From positions 10,912,001 to 10,976,000 of the forward strand of contig CM106585.1 in the NCBI GenBank assembly GCA_048013815.1: DNA of 64,000 bases, in the 5' to 3' direction. Origin of the DNA: Setoptus koraiensis (Eukaryota > Animalia > Arthropoda). Positions 35,322 to 47,200 of the stretch are shown here, piece by piece (positions within the stretch are counted from its first letter, which is position 1; each line of letters begins with the position of its first letter). A program made the position numbers and the translations under genes. Below the pieces are notes generated by a model. That model saw nothing but the letters and a program-made list of their open reading frames with translations. It was not told where the DNA came from and did no database searches.

Positions 35322-37268
35322 ATGGGCCTTTTATCCCAAGGACACCCGCTCTCTTGGGACGAAACGAAAAAATATGCAAAATTTGTCCAGCAAAGAGGCA
35401 TCGTTCAATTCTGTAATATTTATAACGTAGCTAAACACCGGCAAGACCGATGCCTGAAATGGGGCGACGAGGTAGAATATATAATTGTAAAATTTGATCA
35501 TGAGAACAAACGGGCCAAAGTTAGTTTGAAGGCCGAAAAAATCTTTCAGCTTATTCAGGATAAGCACAACAAAACAGCAACAACAAATGGTTTTCCCAAC
35601 TCATTTTGGGTTCCAGAATTTGGTGCGTATATGGTCGAAAGCACACCAGGCACACCTTATGGAGATTCATGCGAGGATAGAGTACTGACCGCCTTAAATT
35701 CGGTAGAGGCCAATATGAGATTCAGACGGCAAGAATTACAAGAGCTTCTTGACCATGATGAAACAATTATGTCTCTAACTAGCTTTCCCAGATTGGGCTG
35801 CCCCAAATTTACTCACCCCATTTACGAACCTCAACCTAAAACGAGTGCCTCCGGTTCTCTGTTTTTCCCAGATGAAGCTATATTTGGGGGACATCCTAGG
35901 TTCAAGACATTAGTCAAAAATATACGTGCGAGAAGAAAAAGAAAAGTGATCATCAACCTTCCAATCTTCAAGGATAAAAATACCACAATACCATTTGTAG
36001 AACATTTCGATGATGAAGAGGCTAAACTGGCCACCAAGCCAAGTCACATTTACATGGATGCCATGGGTTTCGGTATGGGTTGTTGCTGTTTACAGATGAC
36101 ATTTCAGGCTTCGCACATGGACGAGGCCAAGTTACTATACGACCAGCTAGCTCCATTTTGTCCCATCGCAATGGCGCTAAGTGCAGCGTCGCCTGTATAT
36201 AGGGGCTATCTAACCGATCGCGATTGCAGATGGGAAGTAATATCGTGTGCCGTTGATGATAGGACCAAAGAGGAGTCAAGTGAAGTTAAAGATCCGAGCG
36301 GACAATATTACCAGATATCTAAATCTCGTTACGATTCTATAGATTCCTATATCTCGACACACGGAGAGGAGTTTAATGATTTACCGCTCACGCTAGATCA
36401 ATCATATTATGAGCATATGATAAAGAACGGTGTAGACAATTTGGTAGCCAGACATATAGCCCATCTCTTCATAAGAGAACCTATTACATTATACGAAGAG
36501 AAACTAGATCAAAGAGATGACGAGTTTGATCATTTCGAGAACATACAATCTACTAATTGGCAAACTATGAGATTTAAGCCACCACCATCTGCCTCCTCTC
36601 CTATCGGTTGGCGCGTGGAATTCAGACCTCTGGAAGCTCAGACAACAGATTTTGAGAACGCCGCCTACGTAGTGTTTATCGCATTATTGACAAGATTAAT
36701 ATTATCATACAGACTGGATCTACTAATTCCCATATCAATGGTAGACGAAAATATGGTTAAAGCACAAGAAAGGGATGCAATTAGCAGATCCAAATTCTGG
36801 TTTAGGAAAGATATAATCAAGTGTTGTTCCAAAAATAATCGTACCAAGCTATCGAATCAAATATTGACAGATAACGACATCGAGGAAACACCGACTAAAA
36901 AAGAACAATGTGATCCGAAATCCTGTTCAACTTTGATGTCAATCAATGAAATAATCAATGGCAGTGACGATTTTCCGGGATTGGTTCCGTTACTTAGACA
37001 ATATCTAAGCTCTGTAGAAATAGATCCGGGAACTCTATGCACCATCGAAAAATACCTGAAGCTTATATCCGATAGGGCTTCTTTAAAAGTTAAAACAACT
37101 GCTAAGTGGATAAGAGATTTCATTGATCAACATCCTAAATATAAACACGACTCTGTTGTAAACGATGAAATTAATTATGATCTCTTGCACAAAATGGACC
37201 AGATATCTAGACGAAAAATTGATTGTCCCGAGTTGACAGGCTGTTTTGGCATAAATGAACAAAATTAG
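35322..37268 (+). CDS. GCLC: Glutamate-cysteine ligase catalytic subunit, intronless
   Basis: MGLLSQGHPLSW, LKWGDEVEY, WVPEFGAYMVESTPGTPY, IYMDAMGFGMGCCCLQMTFQA, KSRYDSIDSY, HFENIQSTNWQTMRFKPPP, GWRVEFRP. ATG at 35322. Confidence 0.97.
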   Translation: MGLLSQGHPLSWDETKKYAKFVQQRGIVQFCNIYNVAKHRQDRCLKWGDEVEYIIVKFDHENKRAKVSLKAEKIFQLIQDKHNKTATTNGFPNSFWVPEFGAYMVESTPGTPYGDSCEDRVLTALNSVEANMRFRRQELQELLDHDETIMSLTSFPRLGCPKFTHPIYEPQPKTSASGSLFFPDEAIFGGHPRFKTLVKNIRARRKRKVIINLPIFKDKNTTIPFVEHFDDEEAKLATKPSHIYMDAMGFGMGCCCLQMTFQASHMDEAKLLYDQLAPFCPIAMALSAASPVYRGYLTDRDCRWEVISCAVDDRTKEESSEVKDPSGQYYQISKSRYDSIDSYISTHGEEFNDLPLTLDQSYYEHMIKNGVDNLVARHIAHLFIREPITLYEEKLDQRDDEFDHFENIQSTNWQTMRFKPPPSASSPIGWRVEFRPLEAQTTDFENAAYVVFIALLTRLILSYRLDLLIPISMVDENMVKAQERDAISRSKFWFRKDIIKCCSKNNRTKLSNQILTDNDIEETPTKKEQCDPKSCSTLMSINEIINGSDDFPGLVPLLRQYLSSVEIDPGTLCTIEKYLKLISDRASLKVKTTAKWIRDFIDQHPKYKHDSVVNDEINYDLLHKMDQISRRKIDCPELTGCFGINEQN

Positions 37269-38445
37269 AGTTTCCAAAAAGACTTGCCAGTCAGGTCATG
37301 TATTACACTCCCAATTATTGAAGATTATTTTCCTTATGATAGATCATTCCCGGGCTGTTATGTATATTTAAATTTATATATTTATAAATTGCCAAAGGTT
37401 ATCGGGTCAAAATTGAAACATTTAGTTTTTTAGATTTCTTTTGTCTGGGGCTGCTGGTCATTTTACGTAAGCCGGACCCGATAGTTTGTGTAGATTTTTC
37501 AATGTCTCCACAGCTACTTTAGAAACATCCGACAGGGCGGCGCTGCTCAGCTTACAGCACGTAGTGTAAGCAAGTGGCAGTCAATGACGGTAGGAAGATA
37601 TCTGCAGGATTCCGCCGCTTGCAAGCCGGTGGGCGCGTGCTTGCAAGCAGCGCACCAAAGCGAGCGATTGCGCCTGGGCCTTAGAGCAAGCGGTCAGAAA
37701 AAGATAATATTTCACGCAACAGTGTGCGTTTGGCTGTTCATTTTCGAACGATACCAGTGCCTCTGGTGGACACTTTTCTAAGCCCGGGCCTGGCCGTATG
37801 AAAATAGGCTGTTTGTGCGCCTCGCAGCGCCCCCTAGCATCTGTTGGCGCAACTGCTGGGGTGCACTTGTGCGTTTCGTGCGTTTCGTGCGTTTCGTGCG
37901 TTTCGTGCATTTTGTGCGGGTGTGCGCTGCGGTAAGTGGATGCAGGTAGCACAGTTGTGTGCCACTGGTAGGGGCGGCACTGGCTGGCTGTCGCAAGGGC
38001 AGTCGGACAGACGGACGGACAGACGGACGGACAGACATGCGGGCGCACATGAGCGCGCGAGGCACACGGCCGGCGATGTGCGCTGGCGCTGTGCGCAGCA
38101 GCTGAAGCGGCTGCAAAGTGCAGTTGGTGTTGTAGAGAAACTGCGACAAGTGCTAGCGGTGGCATTGTGCACTCTCACTCGAACTTTGGTGGTTGTTACA
38201 TCACAAGCAAGTTGTTGTTGTGCATTCATTATCCATTGTTGCATCACCATGACCAGCAAATTGTGGCAAAATACGTGCTTATTTATACCGCTATTTATAT
38301 CATCACAACCATCAACTATTTTATATATTTATACATCGAGTGCGACAGTTTTATCAATTGTGTTCAGTGCAGCAGCGACAAAAAATTTGCAGCGACAGCG
38401 AGGCCCAAATGCAAGCAGCTCAACGCTATAGCGCACGACAGCAAC

Positions 38446-41400
38446 ATGATAGCGGCCTTAGTGATCAAGATATTATTTTTGATATTAATTGTCAACAATT
38501 GTTGTAGGTTGATACCGGTGTGCAATTCGCAGCACACGTACACGCGCCAGAACAACCAGCCGAGAACAAAGAAGTCGACGACAACGCAACAGCAAGCAAC
38601 CCAAATCCAAGCCCAAACCCAACCATCAAACAGCTCAACAAATGTCGCAGAATTGTGCTACCTGTCCAACGGGGGCTCGTCGCTCACGCTGACAGTCAAC
38701 GAGGCAACGGCCATCGGCTCAATAATCGGAACGATAGACGTGAGTACCCAATAACCCAAGACAATTATTTTATTTCGCCAATCTGACCATTCGAAGCGAC
38801 TGTGTGCCATTGTCTCGTATCATCGAGTACGTGATATTGGTGCGCTCGCCAGGCACGTCCCAGCCACACGAAACGCGCTTTTTCCGGTCAAAACAGCAAA
38901 CAAATGTTATTTGGTTGCCGCCACTCACATGCATCGTATGTCGTATTGATATTTGTTATTATATACGTTATATTGATATATCATACATGATATATCATAC
39001 ATGATATGTTATATATGGCGTGTTATGTGTGTTAAATGTGATATGTTGTATGCCGGCAGCTGCCCAACAGACCAATTTGGCACAGTCATTAATTGGCGCT
39101 ATCTGTTGCCGCTGGCCACGGCGCCGAGGAGCCTCTCACCTCGATCGCTTGCCGCATGACCTGCCACTTGGGCACTGCAATTTGAGCTGGCCCTGTTTTG
39201 ACGCTCGTCCACGCTTTCGCGCTTGCGAATCACTTCGTGAAAGATCCATATAAATCATATTGATTTATGTGCACTTGAAAGCGCAAATGATTGCGAACAG
39301 CAAAAATCATATTGTGTCCCCGTATCTCAATAGCTCAATCGGATAATTAACGTGCCTGGCACATTCTTGTCCGCTCGACAACGTGAGCTCCTCGAAATGA
39401 GTGCCCCGAATGGCACTCTCACGCATGCAATTCGACCTCGGACACGGCTCTCTCCGGAGCCTGTCATCGTACATGATCACATTGGCGTTGATTGGAGCCG
39501 TAGATCACAAGTTACTTGACTTTTGCAAATTCGAAAAATTGACTCATCAACATGCTCGCATAAACAGTGACGCAAGCACTGCTTGTGTCACATCTCTTCT
39601 CAAGCCTTCTCAAGTCGACTTTCGGTTTGATTTCTTGGTCGAGAAACTTGCCAAATTTTGACAAAAATACCAATTTTTTGATCGCGGCGACACACAGGCT
39701 GAGCTTCGGAAGACAGAGATTTCGGACACGCTAGCCGGATAGTGAAAAGACTGAATATGTTGGAATATGTTAGAGCGAGAATGGAAGCGTCTATTTGGCC
39801 AAAAATTGCACCTCTTGGTCTTCGATGCGACTTTGCGCGCCTTCATCTGTTGTGCCCCCGTTCACCTAAATGATGAAATGAACTTGAATGTGATAAAATA
39901 TTTCAATTTGGTTATTGACTATTTATTACGAACACTGTTCATAGGTGATCATCATTTACGTGCATTATGCAAGACGGACACAACAAATGAGCTTTCAAAG
40001 GGTCGTAGTGAAGATAAGGGCCCTATTATTGTGCTATTATTATTGTGTCACCATCATTGTCGTTCGCATTGTGTCGGCCATCATTCAGCACATTGTTTAT
40101 GGCTGTCGATTTGATTGTGATCGGATCGAAAATGACACAAACACTTTTAATGGCGTGTCCACCGGAATGAAATTGTTAGAATTTGAATTTCTCTGTCATT
40201 CGTGCGTTATAATCAACAATAAATTTCCAAGCGAATTAATGACGTCGCAGTGTGATGGGTCTCGAATTGCGGCCCCTCACATTGTTTGAAAAAAAAGGCT
40301 GGCAGAGTTTGAAAAGTGGCCAGACGAAAACTGGCTCAGACTAGATGTAAGATGTCACGAAATTCTTGACTGTTCTGTATTTGCATTTGTATATTTGCTT
40401 TTTGTGGCCGTGGCAGATTGTTTCATCCAATCATAATTTGTGCTGCAATCCTTTTGTTATAGCAACCACTCCATGCGACTTTTGCATATCTCTATCACTT
40501 GTCCGTCTCGATGGGGCCGTCAGCAGCAGCCTGGTGGCAGTTGACTCGCAACTATGGCAGGGCTAACAAGGCTTCGTATGCGCTAAATCTTGTTGCTGTT
40601 GTCGTTGTTGTCGTTGTTGCTGTCGTTGTGATGCGACAGTTGACCCATGATTGCAGGAACCGCAGCAGGCACCTTCTCAGCATGACAAACACGTACAGTG
40701 GCCAGTTGCGGCAAGAACGGGCACGGGGCCAGTGCAACGACAATTAGACTATTTTCATTAATTCTGTTCATTAATTAATCGCATACATGCATACGTGGCT
40801 GACTTGGCTGTTGCATAACGTATAATCAGTGCCATACCCGTGTGTGTGTGTGTGTGTCATGTGGCACGTGTGTTATTAGCTTAGCGTGGAACAGTGCGGA
40901 ACTGGCTAGCGGATTGCTAATTGTTCCGCTTCTGTGACTGGAATTGCTAGCCAGTGACTGGCCAGTGACTGGCCAGTGACTGACCAGCGACTGGCCAGCG
41001 ACTGGCCAGTTGACAATCACAAAGAGAGCGGAAAGAGCTGGCCCAAGTTCAGTGACCCCGCTCGCATCCTGATCGGCGCGTCGGCGCAAGGCTCGCGAGT
41101 GTTGCCAACGAGCAATAAAAAGTCGCCATGACCATTTGATAGATTGCGCTTGATCGTCATTAGTGCTCGTTGCGTCTCACTCTGCATGCCGATTTGCCAC
41201 ATCTCACCTGTGGCCAGTTGATGGCAAGATCGCGCTTGTGCGATCTCATTCGTGCCACTTGTGCAATCTCATTTGTGCGATATGACTCGCGACATCCGAC
41301 AGGTGACTTGTGCGATTGTGTCTTGTTGCATGCGCGACAGAGTGCGGACAGAGTTGGCGTTGTTGTCGCGCCCGACACACGGGATGTACGGGCAAATGTG

Positions 41401-44261
41401 GGCAAATGTGGGCATATGTGACTGGCGCGATGTGAGCGCGATGTGTATGCAATGATGCGGTCAAATGGTCGCACATAATTTGTGGGAGCCGACTAATAAC
41501 TGGAGCCCATTAGCCAATCAGCAGCGTGTTGATTGAACCATTAATGAATGCCAATAATCGAGCCGTCGCAATAATCACCGTTGCGTCACATTGTTTGTGG
41601 CCTGTGTCGACAATGCGTGCACAATATCATTTCGTCGGCCACCGCATCCACTGATCGACATACATGCTGCCAGCGTCAGCTGGCCGCGCTTGTCACCTGT
41701 CGTCACCTGACGGCTGTCAACTGTCAACTGGCGACTGGCGACTGTGAATGTCACCGCGGCTTGACACAATAATGCATCGATTCGGTCTGACTGATTCACA
41801 ACAACCGATTGTCAGTCTCAATCGCGTTGATTCGGTCGCGTTGATTCGGTCGCGTTGATTCGGTCGCGCTGATTCGGTCGCGTTGATTCGGCGCGATTGG
41901 CGCGATCAGGTGAACTTGACAAAAGCGCTGCCAGCTGTCAAGTCGCCGGCGACAACAGAAATATTGCTGGTTGTTGTTGCGTAACACACACACACAACAA
42001 GCAAATGACCAGTGCGCCATAATGATGAGTGTTTGTCGTTGCTTTTGTTGATTTTGTGTGTAAGTTAACAGCACAGCCAACAACAAATGCAACCAGTAGA
42101 CCAGCAAAAGCACCATTATATATAGTATATACAGTATGTAATGATGAGCGTTGTTGTTCGACCTTGTCGTTGCCTTTGTTGATTTTGTGCAATTTTAACA
42201 CACACACAATCTCACTGTTTGTGTGTGACGCAATCGCAACGTCGTCGTCGTCGTCTTTTCATTAAAACTAATTGGCTTCTTACGGCCGGCTATTGCATCA
42301 TCAAGTGGCGCACACAATGGACGCAACACTCGAGCGCCACCAAATAATCGCCGCGCCGCTAATAAAGCCGCTGATAAAGCCGCGTCGAGGAAATGAGCGG
42401 CCATATATTAATGTCTTCTCTCTCGATCCGTCGCTCTGTCGCTCTCTCGATCTGTCGGTCTCCGGCAGCGGCAACGACAACGCCAGCGACACCGACACCG
42501 ACAACAACGGCATCAGCAGCGACAGCAGCGGCATCAGCAGCGACAGCAACGGCGACAGCAACAAGGCCAAACTCTAGTTATATCGCGCCGCTCTGATGCA
42601 AGTTGCCAGTGGCTGGTGCTCGTTGGCGGTGCTTGCTGGCGGCGCTTGCTGGCGCTAGCTGGTGGCACTTGATATAGTGATATAAATACGAACACACCCA
42701 AAAGTGAGTGCTCGAGTTTGCCGGCGACAAACACCGGCGACGCCAACAAACACAAACGGCCAACGCGATCGCCAACAAACACAAACGGCCAACGCGATCG
42801 CCAACAAACGGCCAACGCAAACGCCAACAAACGGTCAACGCGAACGCCAACAAACGGCGACGAGCGGCGACGAGCGGCGATAACGAGAGCATTGTCGTCT
42901 TGTTGCCGAGAGGATGTGACCGGCGCCCAGCTTGAGGCTATCTTTTCTTCTTTTCTTCGTTGCTTTAAAACTGCACCTCACCTGTGCTACCTGTGCTACC
43001 TGTGCACAGGTTGAGCACAGGCAGCACAGGTAAGTTGGCTCTGTTGTTGGCCGGTGTGACTATAAGGCGAAACTTGACCATCACTCGGCATCGCTGTAAC
43101 TGCACACCGTAACAGCACGCTGTGCATTGTGATCGCGAAGCCAACTAACGTTTATGTAACTAACTTTATGGCCGCCACACTTACGTAAGTCATACGTCGG
43201 TCATACGCAATTGTTGTGCAAGTCTTGCGCAAGTCACAGGTAAATCGTACGCAAATCTTACGTAATCTATCATCGTCGCAGCATCGCACCGTCGCAACGT
43301 CGCAACGTCGCAACGTCGCAACTTGGCATCGTCGCATCGTCGTAGCGTGAAGCGTCGTGTGGTGTCATATGACGCAGTGGCAAAGGGAGGCGCCGCACGG
43401 TGTGAGGCGGCTCGCATCGAGGCTCCCGAGTGGCACTGCTAACGAGCCATCGCTAAACTCTCTTTGTTCGCTTCTTATCCCCTCTTTTATGCCTCGAATC
43501 GCCATTAACGTTCTATTGTTGCCGTACCTGCCCCATAATCCCACATCCCTGCATCGTCTGCCTCATCTGCCTCATCAACATCATCTGCACCGTCTGCACC
43601 GTCTGCACCGTCCGCATCACCTGTATCACCGGCACCGTCCGCATCACATGTATCACCGGCATCACCGGCATCACCGGCATCGCCTGCATCACCGGCATCA
43701 GGTTAATGGTTACCCGTCGCTGGAGAACGGAAATATAGAGTTATTCATCGATTACAAGTACAGCATTGCACAAAATGGCGCTTTTATTAGGGATCTTATG
43801 CTGACCAGTAAAACTGGCGCTCGGGACACCAATCACAATAGTGGCACAACGGGCGCGACATCGCCGCTTGTGGAGCCGTCGTCGTCGCCGTCACCGGCGT
43901 CGTGGCTCACCTCAGCCAGCATACCGGACAGTGATCTCGTTTCTCTTGTTGAGCGAGTCGATTTGCTGGACGCGCCCGATGCGGATCAAAATGCTCAACA
44001 GTCATCAACAAGTAGATTGGCCCGCTCGCCGGCCCAATCTCTGGCCGGCTCTTACGTTAGTGCGGTTAGATCGGCTGCCGGCAGAGAATCGAGAAGCGAA
44101 CAAGGCGCACAATTTGCGCCGGCCAGAGAACGGCGGCCTCACGGCGGCACAAGTGACGACAACGGCGACATGAGGCAAACAAACAACACTAGTCAGCTAA
44201 GGCGCTTTACTCGCAGCTCAAGGCCGCTTTTGGACGGGGGGCAACCGCATCAGCAACAACC

Positions 44262-44297
<36 letters not shown>

Positions 44298-47200
44298 ACA
44301 ACAGCAACAACCGACCGCGACAACGACAGTTGCCACCACTAAACGAACCAAGCTGGCCAACAGCGCTCAACAGCAGCCAGCCGTTAAGCTCACAACAAGT
44401 GCCCATAGGGCCGACACGGCCTCGAGTGGCGTCTCGAAAGCTGGCGCGCCGGCCGATGTGATTGATGGTAAATCAATGACGAAAATAAAGGATAAAATTA
44501 CTAAATTAGAGAGCGCAGCAGCCATCACAACGGATAAAGAACCGGCTCAGGCGGGCGAGCCCGAGCGAGATAATGGGCAGCTCGACAATCGCAACAACAA
44601 CAACAACAGCACTAATGTTAAGCCGGCCATTTCTGACGCTGGCTCGCTTTCTGGCGCTGATGGCCCGACTGCGAGCCAATTGGAGCAGCGGCTCAGGCCA
44701 ACAACAGATTACAACAACAACGACGAGCGGGGTATTAGTGTCACTGACGGCGCATCGTCGTCATCGTCATCGTCTGCGTTGGCATCATTAGCTGACCATC
44801 ATCAGCTAATAGACTCATTAAGCTCTTTGGTGCCTGCGAGCGGCGGCGGCGGCGGCGCTGCGGCGCTCGATCCGCTTGTTTTGCAGTCGTCGACGGTCGT
44901 AGTTGGCTCGACGGCCGCTGGCTTGCATCATCATGATGCCGATAATAACGGTGCTGCAACAACAGCCACGGCCAGAGTGCAGCAGCAGGCCAAGCAGTAC
45001 CGACGATCGTCGCTCAACAACAACAGCAACAACAACAGCAACAACAACAGCAACAACAACAGCAACAACAACAGCAACAACAACAAGCAACAACCAGCGG
45101 CGGCGGCACCAATGACGACAGGTGAAGACGCAATTGTCACTGGGCCCGCTGCTGGCGCCGCAACCGGCCCGAACGGCAACTACAAGCGAAAGATGCGCCT
45201 ACAACAGGTGCCGTCGTCCGCGATGAGCGCCGCCGCCGACTCATTAGCTTACTCATTAGACGCTAATAGAGACAGAGACGCTCATCATCAGCCCAATCAT
45301 CATCATCATCAGCAGCAGCAGCAGCATCAGCTGCGCGATGCCAATTTGTACGACCAACAGCAACAAAATTTGCTGCCCGTTCGCCTCGAATTGGGCACTC
45401 GCAATCTGATTCTGACGCGCCAGTTGGACAAGGAGGGCATAGAGGGCGAGCAAAACTTAATGATAGGCATCAGGTGCCGGCCGCGGCCGGCCCCGGCGGC
45501 GTCTTACGCCGCGGCGACAGCAGCGACATCATCGCCGGACAGTGGCAGCAGCAACAACAACAACAACAACAACAACAGGGACAGCGACGCCAAGAACACG
45601 CTCATAGCGAGCAGCTCGGACGGCGTTGTGGTCAGTTACCTAGGTGGCGGCGACCACGACAACAATAGGCTGCTCACCAGGCGTGGTCGCCACTACAACA
45701 ACAACCACGGCAACAACAACAACAACAACAACTACAACAACTACAACGGCAACCACCAGCCGCAACAACAGGGCGACTCCACCATGATACCTGTGCGCAT
45801 CATAGTGACCGACGCAAACGACCACGCGCCCGTTTTCGTTGGCCAACAACCGTACAGGATAAACGTCAGCGAAACGGCGCCCATCGGCACCGTCGTGTTT
45901 CGCGACATTGTTGCCCATGACAACGATTCGGCGGGCCCCTTCTCCACGCTCGACTATCACGTGCAAGACGACGGCCAGCACTCGCATCTGTTGCAGTTCC
46001 AGAATCCGCTCGAGCCGCTGCTGGTGGTGGCCGGCCCGTTGGACTACGAGAAATTGCAACAATTCACGGTGACAGTAGTAGCCCAGGATCAGGGCGATCC
46101 GCAGCGCTCGGCCAGCGCCACCGTGCAGGTGAACGTGCAAGGTGAGTTTATATTTATATATTGCGCCCATTGCCGGCCCACCAAATGCCGGCCGGCCCGC
46201 GAGATGCCGGCCGGCCCGCGAGATACCGGCCGGCCCGCGAGATACCGGCCGGCAAACGCTCCAAATTCGGCGCCGTTAGGCGCCGCGACTCTGACACTTG
46301 TGAATCAAACTCTGAATCGAACTCTGAATCGAACTCTGAACCGAACTCTGAACCGAACTCTGAACCGAACTCTGAACCGAACTCTGAACCGAACTGTGAA
46401 TCGAACTCCGAACTGAGCTGCGAATCCGACTGAGCCCGACTCTCGATGCGGCTCTGACTCCAAACTGAGCTCCGCTTCAAACTCCGAACCGAGCTCTGAG
46501 CTGCAGTGGGCAATTTGTCGCCCAGCGGGACAAATTGCGCCCGCCGCTCAAGTGGCCAACGGAATTTCGGCATTCCAGCCGGACGGTCAACTGAATAAAC
46601 TGGCTGGCGGCATGTTGCGTCGACCGCGTTTTGCTGCGGACACGCCATTCACGGCCCTCGCTGGCCCTCGTGAGCGTCACCGGGCGACCGTGCACCTCGC
46701 GGTGCACGTGAATTATTCGCGGCAATACACTGGCGCACCAAATTTGTAATAGTTGACGCGGTAGCTGTTTGGTGCGAGTCGGAACTGGTGCAACCGCGAA
46801 TGAGCTGTGCACCGGGTGCAATCGCGAACGAGTCTTGCACCGGGTGCAACCGCGAATGAGCTGCGCACCGGGTGCAATCGCGAACGAGTCTTGCACCGGG
46901 TGCAACGCGGCCCGCTGGCGTGTTGCAGCCGGTTGTCCATGGCGATAGGAGCGGTATTATTTTGGTCGGTATCCATGGCGACCAAATACCGTTCGGCAAG
47001 TGGGCACGATCGATCGCAAGCGGCCGACGGCGGCCGACAGCGACAGCAGCGACAACAGCGACAACAACGACAACAACGACAACAGCGACAACAGCGACAC
47101 CACAAGAGCGTGTAGAGAACAGTTTCGCGTTTGGAATGCGGCCTCCCGTTCTTTACGAGTGTCGCGAAGTTCATGAGGCGTCCGCGTGGTGTTTGTGTGG

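Noticed and set aside
43357-43701. N-terminal His-rich part of the 1019-aa track ORF
   Set aside because: It is intronic 9-bp repeats upstream of the acceptor at 43701; the signal peptide and start lie in exon 1 at 38446.
46790-46905. CRISPR-like repeat/spacer appearance
   Set aside because: The repeats are only ~14 bp, the spacers recur alternately instead of being unique, there are no cas genes, and the context is a eukaryotic intron.
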